Positions 1 through 9,392 of a stretch of 64,000 bases of DNA are shown in pieces. Within the stretch, counting starts at the first letter, position 1; the number at the start of each line of letters is the position of its first letter. The translations under genes were made by a program, and so were the position numbers. Source of the stretch: Nanobdellota archaeon (GTDB lineage Archaea > Nanobdellota > Nanobdellia > Pacearchaeales > GW2011-AR1); NCBI GenBank assembly GCA_020430505.1, contig JAGQJT010000003.1, forward strand, positions 5,591 through 69,590, given 5' to 3'. Under the pieces are notes generated by a model that was not told where the DNA came from, did not search any database, and saw only the letters and a list, made by a program, of their open reading frames with translations.

Positions 1-551
1 CAAATTCCTTCTAACCATTTAATCTCATTTGTTTTTCCCAACTTTTCATAAAGATTCTTTAATTTTGCTTTAATCTCTTCTTTTTCTTCCAAAGGAATAT
101 TCATTTTCAAAAGTTTTTCATAAATTTTTGAAGCTTGATTTCTCTTTAACTGTTTCTCAAGCTCAATTGCATATTCTTTGTAAAAATTTCTAACCCCTTC
201 AATCATTTCCATAACTTGTGCTTTTGTTCCTTCTGCAGCAGCTCTTTTTATTGCTTTGTCAGCCTCTATAAAATCCAATTTCTTTACGTGTGCTTTTGCT
301 TCTTCGCCATAAAATTCAACTTTCTCTCTAAAAATTGTAGAATTGTTTGCAGCATTTCTGTAGGCACTAGCCAATTCAGAAAACATTTTCTTTTTTTCAT
401 AAATCTCTACTAGTTTCAAATGAGCAAATTTTCTCATTTCCATAGGGGGCATCAATTTAAGGTAACGATTCAAATAATCTATCTTAACAAAGTCCCCTTT
501 TCCTTCAAGTTCTTTTTCAACATCAGGTTTATGCATCTCTTTAGTTAACAT
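1..551 (-). CDS. hypothetical helical protein, 3' end runs off the left window edge
   Basis: Not in the ORF track because there is no stop in the window. Manual reverse-strand translation from ATG 551..549 stays open to position 1 (MLTKEMHKPDVEKELEGKGDFVKIDYLNRYLKLMPPMEMRKF...). Composition is K/E-rich and helical. Track ORF 216..413 (+) is its low-complexity shadow. Confidence 0.5.
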   Translation of the reverse strand, partial: MLTKEMHKPDVEKELEGKGDFVKIDYLNRYLKLMPPMEMRKFAHLKLVEIYEKKKMFSELASAYRNAANNSTIFREKVEFYGEEAKAHVKKLDFIEADKAIKRAAAEGTKAQVMEMIEGVRNFYKEYAIELEKQLKRNQASKIYEKLLKMNIPLEEKEEIKAKLKNLYEKLGKTNEIKWLEGI

Positions 552-575
552 ATAGTTAGAAATTGTAGCTTGTAT

Positions 576-815
576 TTAAGGATTTTGATAATACACACTT
601 TTATGATAATAATCTTTTGAATCAGTATCTATTTTATGGTTAAATTCTTTTTTTAATATATTCTCTAACTGAGATTCTTTTTCAGGGAAAAGTGCCCATG
701 CAGTTGCTGAAGCCATCAAGCAAAGTAAAAATACTTTCCAATTACTCACTTTTCTATAATCATATTTATTTTTATCAAAGATAAATTCTCCTCCAGAATC
801 AAATGCATTTTCCAT
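576..815 (-). CDS. hypothetical small membrane protein
   Basis: 79-aa ORF with one hydrophobic segment (WKVFLLCLMASATAWALF). No recognisable family. Confidence 0.35.
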   Translation of the reverse strand: MENAFDSGGEFIFDKNKYDYRKVSNWKVFLLCLMASATAWALFPEKESQLENILKKEFNHKIDTDSKDYYHKSVYYQNP

Positions 816-840
816 TACTTAGATTATATAATTTTGATTT

Positions 841-1098
841 TTAAAAACGTTCGCTAATTAAACCCTTAAGAAATTTGATTCTATCCTCTAAAAGGTTTTT
901 TTGATAGTCTTTAGTGATCAAGCTATTTTTAACACATGATTCATAGTATTTGGCCGCATCTATTGCTAAGGGAGCATTATTAATGTCTTTTAAGAAACCT
1001 ATTACTTCTTTTGGATCAGGATTTTTCAATATATTTTCAAATCTGGTATCATAAGCAGGTTCTAATTGTTCAGTTTGACCTTTCAAAGTCATCTTCAA
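841..1098 (-). CDS. hypothetical protein
   Basis: 85-aa ORF directly downstream of tuf, where rps10 often sits in archaea. The sequence does not look like uS10. Confidence 0.4.
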   Translation of the reverse strand: MKMTLKGQTEQLEPAYDTRFENILKNPDPKEVIGFLKDINNAPLAIDAAKYYESCVKNSLITKDYQKNLLEDRIKFLKGLISERF

Positions 1099-1124
1099 AT
1101 ATCAGAACTATTCTCTGTAGCCAA

Positions 1125-2408
1125 TCACTTCTTCTTTGTAATTTCAGTACACATACCAGCAGCAACAGTTGAACCAGCATCTCTAACAGCGAATCTACTC
1201 ATCCAAGGGTTGTCTTTTTGAGTTTCCAAAGCCAATCTTCCTTGAGGAGCAATTCTAACTTTAGCTGTATCTCCATTCTTTAAGAAATCAGGATTTTCTT
1301 TTATAACTTCACCAGTTCTAGGATCGATTTGCGCAATTAATTCTGTGAATTGGCAAGGCACTTGAGCTGTGTGCACATGGAATACAGGAGTGTATCCCTT
1401 TGCCAATACAGTTGGGTGATTAATTACAGTAATAGTAGCAATAAACTCTTCAACAATTGGAACTGGATGAGCAGCTTCACAAATAACATCTCCTCTTGCA
1501 ATATCTTTCTTTCCAACTCCTCTAATGTTTACACCAACATTGTCTCCAGCAGGAGCTTCTGGAAGAGTTTCGTGATGAGCTTCAATAGTCTTAATTTCTC
1601 CTTCAACACCAGTACCAGTTCTTCCTGGAAGAACTTTAACCTTCATTCCTTGTTTCATAACTCCAGTTTCAATCTTTCCAACAGGAACAGTTCCAATACC
1701 AGTAATATCATAAACATCTTGAACAGCCATTCTCATTGGTAAGTCGATTGGTGATTCAGGATCAGGGAACATGTCGAATTGTTCATGAACAGTTGGTCCC
1801 TTATACCAAGACATGTTTTCAGATTTCTTATAAATATTATCTCCTTTAAGACCCGAACATGGAATAAAAGCTGTTTTTTCAGGGTCAACTCCAACACCTT
1901 TCAAAAGTTTCCCAACATCTTCCTTTACTTTGTTATAATTTTCTTCTTTGTATTCTACAGCATCCATTTTGTTAACAGCAACTGCAATATTTTTTACACC
2001 CATAGTTCTCAAAAGCCATAAGTGTTCAGTTGTTTGAGGTTGTACACCTGCAGGAGCAGCAATAACCAAGAAAGCAGCGTCTGCTTGTGAAGCACCAGTA
2101 ATCATGTTTTTTACAAAATCTCTGTGTCCAGGAGCATCAATAATAGTAATTTGCCACTTGTTTGTCATAATCTTCTTATAAGCTAGATCAATTGTAACCC
2201 CTCTTTCTCTTTCTTCCTTAACTTTATCCATAACATATGCAAATTCAAATCCTGCTTTTCCATTTTTTTCAGCTTCTTCCCTAAGCTTTTTCATTTCTTG
2301 TTCAGAAACAGCACCGCTATCAAACATTTCTCTACCAACACAAGTTGACTTCCCTGCGTCAACGTGTCCAACAAATACCACATTCATGTTTGGTTTTTCT
2401 TTTGCCAT
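1125..2408 (-). CDS. tuf: translation elongation factor EF-1 alpha
   Basis: GTPase motifs GHVDAGKST, DAPGH and NKMD. Full-length 427 aa with typical aEF-1alpha domains II and III. Confidence 0.97.
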   Translation of the reverse strand: MAKEKPNMNVVFVGHVDAGKSTCVGREMFDSGAVSEQEMKKLREEAEKNGKAGFEFAYVMDKVKEERERGVTIDLAYKKIMTNKWQITIIDAPGHRDFVKNMITGASQADAAFLVIAAPAGVQPQTTEHLWLLRTMGVKNIAVAVNKMDAVEYKEENYNKVKEDVGKLLKGVGVDPEKTAFIPCSGLKGDNIYKKSENMSWYKGPTVHEQFDMFPDPESPIDLPMRMAVQDVYDITGIGTVPVGKIETGVMKQGMKVKVLPGRTGTGVEGEIKTIEAHHETLPEAPAGDNVGVNIRGVGKKDIARGDVICEAAHPVPIVEEFIATITVINHPTVLAKGYTPVFHVHTAQVPCQFTELIAQIDPRTGEVIKENPDFLKNGDTAKVRIAPQGRLALETQKDNPWMSRFAVRDAGSTVAAGMCTEITKKK

Positions 2409-2544
2409 GGATAGTTAATAAAAAATTATCTTTATAAACTTTTCGTTTGATTGGGATCAAATTTAATTTAGGTTTTTATCGTCGATTTCTCGAGAATAAT
2501 TTCACATCCTATAATTTTTTAAGGAAAGAAATATTTTCTACAAC

Positions 2545-2778
2545 ATGAAAGATTTAAGGAATAAATTAATTCGATGGGGGATTATCTTAAGATGGGGTTT
2601 AGGAGGAATTTTGTTGCCCTTACCAATAGGAGCAAGTGATTCCAAGAGCAAAGTTGAATTTAAGGAGAATCTTTATGAAGAATTTTATAAAGAAAGTAGT
2701 AATCCCTTAGAAAATTTGAATAAATACGAATTTAGAGAGGATTTAAAATATAGCTCTCTTGAAAATGAAGAGCAATAG
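2545..2778 (+). CDS. hypothetical protein
   Basis: 77-aa ORF with a weakly hydrophobic N-terminus and no recognisable motif. Confidence 0.3.
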   Translation: MKDLRNKLIRWGIILRWGLGGILLPLPIGASDSKSKVEFKENLYEEFYKESSNPLENLNKYEFREDLKYSSLENEEQ

Positions 2779-2806
2779 TTTTTATAAAGCAAATATTTTT
2801 TTGTAA

Positions 2807-3223
2807 TTGATGGGTATTGAAGATGATTTAAAGAATTCTAAAATAGTTATCTTGGATGACGATCCAATAAATGGATTAAAATGCAAATTAAATTTAAAAT
2901 CAAATGGCTTCAATAATGTTTCATTGTACCAGCACCGTACAAATTTAATTTTGAACATTGAGGGTGAAAACCCAGATGTGGTTATTTGTGATACTCAACT
3001 TAACGAAGGGCATTTAGGTTATAAATTTATCAAAAGCGCAATAGAATATCTTGAAGTTAACAATGTACTTGTCATAGGAATGTCGTCTAAGAAACATTAT
3101 AAAAAAAATTGGGAATCTTTTGGATATTCTTTCATTCCTAAATCTGATATAAACAATAATCCAGATGCCCTAGGAAATTTTGTGATCTCAAAATTAGAAG
3201 AAAAATATACTGAAGCTGCATAA
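2807..3223 (+). CDS. stand-alone response-regulator receiver (CheY-like) domain protein
   Basis: KIVILDDDP acidic pocket, VVICDTQL candidate phospho-acceptor Asp, and an (I/V)GMSS ... K pattern. The ATG at 2810 is the more likely start than the TTG at 2807. Confidence 0.55.
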   Translation: MMGIEDDLKNSKIVILDDDPINGLKCKLNLKSNGFNNVSLYQHRTNLILNIEGENPDVVICDTQLNEGHLGYKFIKSAIEYLEVNNVLVIGMSSKKHYKKNWESFGYSFIPKSDINNNPDALGNFVISKLEEKYTEAA

Positions 3224-3260
3224 TGATTAATTTTAAATAATTCTTTTATTCTTTATCTTT

Positions 3261-4058
3261 ATGGAACTAACTTTATTTCAGCAAGTAATTCTTGGTATTG
3301 TTCAGGGTTTAACAGAGTGGTTGCCAATAAGTTCAAGTGGTTTTGGCGCTTTAATAATGGCAAATATTTTTGGGATTACAGACGCTAATTTTATCATAAG
3401 AGAATTATTATTTTTACATTTGGGAACTTTCTTCGCAGCTTTAGTTTACTTCTTTACCGACGTGAAAAAATTAACAATTTCATTTTTCCATTATAAAAAA
3501 GCAAGTTTGAAAACAAAAAAAACTCTGAATTTTATAATTGTTGGAACAATAATTTCAGGAATTTTGGGATATGTTTTGATTAAATTTCTAGAAAATTCAA
3601 ATCTAGAATTAACAGGAAAATCTATAACTTTTGTGATAGCAATTTTGCTTTTATTTACAGGAGTAATTCAATTAAAACCGTCGAGAAAAGGCAGAAAAAG
3701 AGAAGAACATTTGAAGAAAAAAGATTCTGTTATTTTAGGTATTTCTCAGGGACTTGCAGTAATTCCCGGAATATCTCGTTCAGGGATTACAGTTTCAGCG
3801 TTGCTATTAAGAAAATTTGATGATACAACAGCCTTGAGATTAAGTTTCCTTTTAGCACTTCCAGTAATCTTAATTGGGAATATTTTCCTAAATGTAAACG
3901 ACATGACAATAACAATGTATTCTATATTTGGATTGTTTGCATCTTTCTTCATTGGATTTTTAACAATTCATGCTTTAATGAAACTTTCAAGAAGAATTAA
4001 TTTTGCTTGGTTTGTAATCGTGTTCGGATTACTAATGGTTATTGGAATTTTGATTTAA
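3261..4058 (+). CDS. uppP: undecaprenyl-diphosphate phosphatase
   Basis: BacA/UppP signatures EWLPISSSG and PGISRSG. Multi-pass membrane protein of 265 aa. Confidence 0.88.
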   Translation: MELTLFQQVILGIVQGLTEWLPISSSGFGALIMANIFGITDANFIIRELLFLHLGTFFAALVYFFTDVKKLTISFFHYKKASLKTKKTLNFIIVGTIISGILGYVLIKFLENSNLELTGKSITFVIAILLLFTGVIQLKPSRKGRKREEHLKKKDSVILGISQGLAVIPGISRSGITVSALLLRKFDDTTALRLSFLLALPVILIGNIFLNVNDMTITMYSIFGLFASFFIGFLTIHALMKLSRRINFAWFVIVFGLLMVIGILI

Positions 4059-4107
4059 GAATTATTGATTTTCGAAGTGTTTCTCAAGAAAAGGAAAAAT
4101 TGATTTT

Positions 4108-4584
4108 TCACAAATATTTCGTAAAACAAAGAATTCCTTTTTTTTGAGATCCTTCAAGATATTCTCCTTCGAGAGTGAAACCTAATTTCTCGTAAAGTTT
4201 TTTTGCTCGGTTATTATTTTTATGAACTTCTAAACTTATTTTTTTTGATCCTCTTTTCTTTAGCAATGAGAAACTATTTTCAATCAAAAATCGACCAAGC
4301 CCTCTTTCTTTATCAGAAATTCCTATGTTTTGAAGGAGTAAATCAGGGTTATTCTTGTTGTCAAACATGATAAATCCTTTGTATTCTTCTTTTTCTTTTA
4401 AAATCCATATTTCTTTATTTGCATACTTTTTAGATATAAATTTTTTAGCTGGCAAAAGAAATTTTTCAAATTTGTTCATTTGAGCTGGATTATAAAATTT
4501 GGATAGATCCTCCAAATAAATTTTAAACAAACCATTTAATGCGAAAATATCTTCTTTTTTTAGAGATTCAATTTTTTTCCCCAT
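4108..4584 (-). CDS. GNAT family N-acetyltransferase
   Basis: Acetyl-CoA binding region RGLGRFLIE...NNRAKKLYEKLGF. Confidence 0.8.
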   Translation of the reverse strand: MGKKIESLKKEDIFALNGLFKIYLEDLSKFYNPAQMNKFEKFLLPAKKFISKKYANKEIWILKEKEEYKGFIMFDNKNNPDLLLQNIGISDKERGLGRFLIENSFSLLKKRGSKKISLEVHKNNNRAKKLYEKLGFTLEGEYLEGSQKKGILCFTKYL

Positions 4585-4614
4585 AAAAATCCCAGAAATA
4601 ACTAATTTAAAAAT

Positions 4615-6774
4615 CTATTGATTTTCGGCCAAACCTTTTCTGTCTCTAATCTTTCTTATAATATTATCTTGTAGGGATGTAGGAAGTTTCTCGAACAGCT
4701 GATCTTTCAAACTTGAAGTTCCACGGCCTTCTGTAGCTGATCTCAAATCGTTAGACCATCCAATCATTTCAGCAACAGGAATCTTTGCTTCCATTTGGGC
4801 CATAGTTCCATCTTGAGTAACATTAATCATTTGGCCTCTCTTTCCACCAACTAATTTTGTAACAGTTCCTAAGAAATTGTCAGGCATTTCAATCAAATGA
4901 ATTTGCAAAGGTTCAAGTAATCCTGGACTGGCTTTATCCATTGCGCCTTTAACAGCTTCTCTAACTGCAGGATAAACTTGTGCAGGTCCTCTGTGGATAG
5001 CGTCTTCGTGAAGTCTAATGTCCATCAATGAAACTTTCATCTTTGTACAAGGTTCTCTTGCTAAAGGTCCTTGATCCATAACCATTTCGAAAGCATCCAA
5101 GACCATCTCTATAACTTCACCAATGTGAACTTCCCCACGAGTTTGATCTAAGAACATATTCCCTTTGTAGATGTCTCTAACATCTCTAATTTCATCCCCA
5201 GACCATCCTAAACTAGAAAGCGAATCTGCAAGAGCTTGTGATTTTTTCTTGACTCTGCCTTCAGGAACAACTCCTTCTTTTATGGCATTGTAAATTTCAT
5301 CTTCCAGAGGTTCAACTTTTATATAGAAACTATTGTGTTTGTTTGGACTTCTTCCTTCGAAAGCATCTCCAGAATCTTTACCAACTGTTTCTCTGTAAAC
5401 AACAATTGGCGGTGAAGTCTTAACAGCCAACCCTTTTTCAGATTTAATTCTATTCTCTATAATTTCTAAATGTAATTCTCCCATTCCTGAAATCAAGCTT
5501 TCACCAGTTTGCTCATTAATTTCGACTTTAATAGAAGGATCTTCTTTTCCAATTTGCTTCAAAACTTCAATCAATTTTGGCAAGTCAGCAGCTTTTGTGG
5601 CTTCAATAGATTTTGTAACAACAGGATCAAATAAGTGTTTAATTGCTTCGAATGGTTCAACTTCATCACGACTTACAGTTTCCCCCGCAAAAACATCTTT
5701 CAAACCAACAATTCCTACAACATTTCCTGCTCTTACCTCCGGAACAACAATTCTTTGTGCACCTTTGTAAACTGAAACCTGTTGGATTCTTGTTTTCCTT
5801 TTAGCAAGATTCATGTAAACTTCGTCACCTTGTTTTAAAGTTCCTGAAAACATTCTTCCTGCAGCAACTTCCCCAGCATGTTTGTCCACAACAATCTTTA
5901 TTGGCACAAAAATTGGTTGTCCATCTGGATCACAATTAACTAAATCTTTTCCTAAATCAGAATCTTCATCCCCATGCCAAATTTTTGGAATTCTATACTT
6001 TTGAGCGTCAACAGGATTTGGGTGGTGTGTAACACTCATATCCAAAACAACTTCATGAATTGGTGCTTTTTTTGCAAGTTCTTTATAATTATCATTTTCG
6101 TAAGCATCAATAACATCTTTGAAAGTAATTCCTTTCTCTTTCATATAAGGAAAACTCAAACCCCAGTTATGGAACGCAGAACCAAAAGCAACAGTTCCTT
6201 CTCCAACCCCGACTTTCCACTTTTCTTTGTACCCTTCTGGTGCAATATTTTCAATCAATTCATTTACTTGGTTAATAATCTTGATGAACTTTTCTTGCAT
6301 TGCTTCGGGGGTCAATTTAACTTCCTTAATTAATCTGTCAACTTTATTTATGAATAAAACTGGCTTAACTAATTCTTTCAAAGCTTGTCTAACAACAGTT
6401 TCTGTTTGAGGCATAACTCCTTCAACTGCACAAGTCAAAATAACGCATCCGTCAACAGCCCTCATAGCTCTTGTAACGTCTCCCCCAAAATCAACATGTC
6501 CTGGGGTATCAATCAAGTTAATCAAGTAGGGATTTCCTTTTATTGTGTGAACCATGCTAACACTTGCAGAATCAATAGTAATTCCTCTTGAAGCTTCGTC
6601 TTCATGGAAATCTAAGGCTCTTTGTTTTCCTGCAGTGTCTTCAGAAAGCATTCCAGCTCCTGCAAGAAGATTGTCTGAGAAAGTAGTTTTACCGTGATCG
6701 ATATGCGCTGCAATAGCGATATTTCTAATCTTCTCTTGATTCTTCATCAACTTTACAAAGTCAATTTCAGCCAT
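4615..6774 (-). CDS. fusA: translation elongation factor EF-2
   Basis: AHIDHGKTT, DTPGH and NKVDR GTPase motifs, plus the domain IV loop HEDAIHRGPAQ. 719 aa. Confidence 0.97.
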   Translation of the reverse strand: MAEIDFVKLMKNQEKIRNIAIAAHIDHGKTTFSDNLLAGAGMLSEDTAGKQRALDFHEDEASRGITIDSASVSMVHTIKGNPYLINLIDTPGHVDFGGDVTRAMRAVDGCVILTCAVEGVMPQTETVVRQALKELVKPVLFINKVDRLIKEVKLTPEAMQEKFIKIINQVNELIENIAPEGYKEKWKVGVGEGTVAFGSAFHNWGLSFPYMKEKGITFKDVIDAYENDNYKELAKKAPIHEVVLDMSVTHHPNPVDAQKYRIPKIWHGDEDSDLGKDLVNCDPDGQPIFVPIKIVVDKHAGEVAAGRMFSGTLKQGDEVYMNLAKRKTRIQQVSVYKGAQRIVVPEVRAGNVVGIVGLKDVFAGETVSRDEVEPFEAIKHLFDPVVTKSIEATKAADLPKLIEVLKQIGKEDPSIKVEINEQTGESLISGMGELHLEIIENRIKSEKGLAVKTSPPIVVYRETVGKDSGDAFEGRSPNKHNSFYIKVEPLEDEIYNAIKEGVVPEGRVKKKSQALADSLSSLGWSGDEIRDVRDIYKGNMFLDQTRGEVHIGEVIEMVLDAFEMVMDQGPLAREPCTKMKVSLMDIRLHEDAIHRGPAQVYPAVREAVKGAMDKASPGLLEPLQIHLIEMPDNFLGTVTKLVGGKRGQMINVTQDGTMAQMEAKIPVAEMIGWSNDLRSATEGRGTSSLKDQLFEKLPTSLQDNIIRKIRDRKGLAENQ

Positions 6775-6837
6775 GATTGTTAATGAAAAAATTAGTTTAT
6801 AAAGTTTGTGTGGGATTAAACAGAATTGTTATTTAAT

Positions 6838-7188
6838 TTAATCAAAGAATTGAGGATTTTCTATTCTGTCGAGTGGTTTTAACTCTCTTAGATAAAATGT
6901 GACATTTTCATTTCTTTCAATTATTTCTGATTCCTCGAAGTGAGTCCAAACAACATTTCCAATGTAAATATCATTCCCCTCCCTGTCTTTTTCATAACCA
7001 TATCCATACTTTCTGTCTACAACGACAATTTTTCCAACATATTTGTCATCTCTATCAGAATCTTTCATAACTTCAAACCTTTTTCCCCTCACACATTCAT
7101 TTAATACACCTTCAAGATTATTGAATTCTCCTAAATTAGTCCTTTTTGCAGCTTGGATTAATCTTTCAGATTTAACAGTCATGAACAA
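6838..7188 (-). CDS. hypothetical protein
   Basis: 116-aa ORF between the cyclase gene and fusA. No recognisable family. Confidence 0.45.
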   Translation of the reverse strand: MFMTVKSERLIQAAKRTNLGEFNNLEGVLNECVRGKRFEVMKDSDRDDKYVGKIVVVDRKYGYGYEKDREGNDIYIGNVVWTHFEESEIIERNENVTFYLRELKPLDRIENPQFFD

Positions 7189-7235
7189 ATAATTCTTTCA
7201 ATCTTTAAAAATAAATATGTTCTAAGAAATATGTT

Positions 7236-8042
7236 TTAAACAGAAATATTCAATTTATAGATTTTTATTCCGTCTAAATCCTCGCAAATAATTTCCTGAG
7301 TTTTTGTCGACCAAAATTTGTGTGCTTCAGATTTTGCAGATTGGCCCACCACGATAGAATTAATCTCTGCTTTAGACTGTATCTTTTTCATAACATTTAT
7401 GGGTTCTCCAATTAAATCAAAATGTTGCATCGATCTGTGGTGACCAGCAACAGTAATCATTGATGTTCCAGAATTTAAACTTATTCTAAAATCAATTTCT
7501 GGTAAATCTCTTTTCATTAAAAGAGGTCTTAAAATTTTTAGCAAATATTTCTTTATAGAGTATGCACAAAACAAAGCGTTATCATGTGCTCCCCTTGTAT
7601 CTGGACCAGGGAAGTAAGCAATTATTTCATCGCCGATATATTTCAAAGGATAGCCATGATGATTGTATACTATTTGAGAGACTTCTCTAAGAAATAAGGA
7701 AATAATTTTTACATATTTCTCCTGAGGCAATCTTTTACTTAGTTTAGTCGAACCAACTATATCTACTGATAAAATAGCAACGCCTATTGTTTTTTTCTTT
7801 GTTTCTTTGCAATAGTTTTGCAAGAATTCTTCAGACGGATCTCTCTCTTTGTATTCCGGATCTTCCAATTTATCAATTTCTTCATCTAGGTATCTTTCAG
7901 AATCTAATTCTAGTTCTTTAAAGAATTCTTCTTCATCTTCATTAATTGGCATAGTTCCCTGCCTTAGAGAATCAAGAAATTCAGTAACCTCTTCAGAATT
8001 TTCTTCTTCAATTAGCATTAATTTTTTTAATTTATTTTCCAT
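7236..8042 (-). CDS. class III nucleotidyl (adenylyl/guanylyl-type) cyclase domain protein with an acidic N-terminal region
   Basis: Cyclase homology domain pattern: VAILSVDIVGSTKLS (first metal Asp), LKYIGDEIIAYFPG (second metal Asp), RISLNSGTSMITVAG and DLIGEPINVMKKIQS. The N-terminal ~95 aa are D/E-rich. Confidence 0.7.
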   Translation of the reverse strand: MENKLKKLMLIEEENSEEVTEFLDSLRQGTMPINEDEEEFFKELELDSERYLDEEIDKLEDPEYKERDPSEEFLQNYCKETKKKTIGVAILSVDIVGSTKLSKRLPQEKYVKIISLFLREVSQIVYNHHGYPLKYIGDEIIAYFPGPDTRGAHDNALFCAYSIKKYLLKILRPLLMKRDLPEIDFRISLNSGTSMITVAGHHRSMQHFDLIGEPINVMKKIQSKAEINSIVVGQSAKSEAHKFWSTKTQEIICEDLDGIKIYKLNISV

Positions 8043-8113
8043 AAAACACCTCTATTTAGATTGGTCGATTATATATTTAATTCAGTTTATAAAAGTTTGC
8101 TAGAAAAATTAAA

Positions 8114-8428
8114 TTATTTTGCTTCAAAAGAATGAATATTTTTCGATTCAAGAAATTGATAAACTTCATTATTCAAATTCATTAAACCTGTCGAGTGCAA
8201 GCCTTTTTTAACAAGGTAACCAGTTATTTTTTCTTTTACATCATGACCATTAGGATTTTCTAAATCATAAACTTCTTGATTTATTTTTATTCTAGATACG
8301 TTTCCCACAAATAAATCCGAAGGGGGTTCTTTTACAAACTTAATTTTTTCAATTAAACTTCCATTTTGTTTTCCATTAAATATTTCCAAAAATTCTCTTT
8401 CAAGGTTTTTGCATGTCTTTATTTTCAT
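8114..8428 (-). CDS. hypothetical protein
   Basis: 104-aa ORF between rps7 and the cyclase gene. No recognisable family. Confidence 0.45.
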   Translation of the reverse strand: MKIKTCKNLEREFLEIFNGKQNGSLIEKIKFVKEPPSDLFVGNVSRIKINQEVYDLENPNGHDVKEKITGYLVKKGLHSTGLMNLNNEVYQFLESKNIHSFEAK

Positions 8429-8451
8429 GTTAATATTCCAAAGGAATAGAA

Positions 8452-9084
8452 TTAACGAGCAGAATCAGCTTGTTTTTCAGCATCGTTCTTCTTTCTAAAT
8501 GCAAAACTTTCTCCATTACCTTCAGAAGCCATGATTATTTCTTCAGCAAGAGTTTGGTAAAGTTTTTTCTTTTTTCCAAATGCTTTGTCTGATGCACCAT
8601 GTGCAATATGCTTCAATGCTAAGTTAACTCTTCTCAATGGAGCAACATCAACAGCCTGAGGATATCTTGCTCCACCATACTCAATTGTAGTAACCTCATC
8701 TCTGGGTGCGGAATTTTCAATAGCTTCAACTAAAACTTGGACTGGATTTTTCCCCGTTCTTTTTTCAATTATTTTGAACGCTTCAATAACCATTTTCATA
8801 TTTTTTGAATATTTTCCAGTAACATGTCCAATTTCAATTCTGTGTTTCTTTCCTCTATGGCCTGCAACAGAAATTTTACTTGCAAGTCTTTCAACAACAT
8901 TTATTTTTGCTTGGCCATACTTAACAACATTTGTTCCTTGATTCTTAAGAATCAATTTAGGCTCTAAATTAATAGCACTTACTAATCCAGGATCACTAAT
9001 CTTAACCTCAGATAAATCCCACATATCGAAAATTTTGAAATTCATTCCTTCAGATTTTTTTGTTTCTTGTGTTTGTTCTGTCAT
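8452..9084 (-). CDS. rps7: 30S ribosomal protein uS7
   Basis: Typical archaeal S7 sequence (KIFDMWDLSEVKISDPGL...NSAPRDEVTTIEYGGARYPQAVDVAPLRR), in the position after rps12. Confidence 0.95.
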   Translation of the reverse strand: MTEQTQETKKSEGMNFKIFDMWDLSEVKISDPGLVSAINLEPKLILKNQGTNVVKYGQAKINVVERLASKISVAGHRGKKHRIEIGHVTGKYSKNMKMVIEAFKIIEKRTGKNPVQVLVEAIENSAPRDEVTTIEYGGARYPQAVDVAPLRRVNLALKHIAHGASDKAFGKKKKLYQTLAEEIIMASEGNGESFAFRKKNDAEKQADSAR

Positions 9085-9085
9085 T

Positions 9086-9391
9086 TTATATTCTATTATA
9101 CCCCATAAAGTTTTCTAGGAAGAACCCTTTTAATTTTGGAAATTGTAAAATATACCTGGTGGAAGCTGTTAAATCGTGCAATTTTTTGTCATTCTCATTT
9201 GCTTCATTTATAAGATAATTGAACATTCTTGTTACTCTCCAGTCTTTTTTTTCGGTACTTTCTCTTTCATAGGCAATAACTTTAGTTGCTAAATTTATCT
9301 CCGCTTTTGAATTCAATGGAAATTTGCTGTTCCATCCAAAAAAGTTTTTAAAGTAGTCCGAAAACTTCCTTGTGTTTATAGTGTTACTCAT
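9086..9391 (-). CDS. hypothetical protein inserted between rps12 and rps7
   Basis: The track ORF 9086..9448 overlaps rps12. The internal ATG at 9391..9389 (MSNTINTRKF...) begins 1 nt after the rps12 stop. Only 1 nt (9085) separates the ORF stop codon (9086..9088) from the rps7 start codon at 9084. Confidence 0.5.
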   Translation of the reverse strand: MSNTINTRKFSDYFKNFFGWNSKFPLNSKAEINLATKVIAYERESTEKKDWRVTRMFNYLINEANENDKKLHDLTASTRYILQFPKLKGFFLENFMGYNRI

Positions 9392-9392
9392 T

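Noticed and set aside
216-413. 65-aa plus-strand ORF rich in Cys/Phe/Ser.
   Set aside because: It is antisense to the better-supported edge-truncated minus-strand ORF (1..551). The composition is that of a shadow frame.
1350-2021. Plus-strand track ORFs inside tuf (1350..1742, 1779..2021), and similar antisense ORFs inside fusA, rpoA, rpoB, nrdJ, the ATPase gene and others.
   Set aside because: These are low-complexity S/N/F/I/L-rich translations lying entirely antisense to strongly supported conserved genes. They are typical shadow ORFs of AT-rich coding DNA.
4978-4995. The EF-2 diphthamide-loop reads HRGPAQ rather than the eukaryotic HRGGGQ. I considered this a possible sign of a diphthamide-less EF-2.
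   Set aside because: As far as I recall, HRGPAQ is the normal archaeal form of this loop, and the modified His is present. Not unusual without evidence on dph genes, which lie outside this window.
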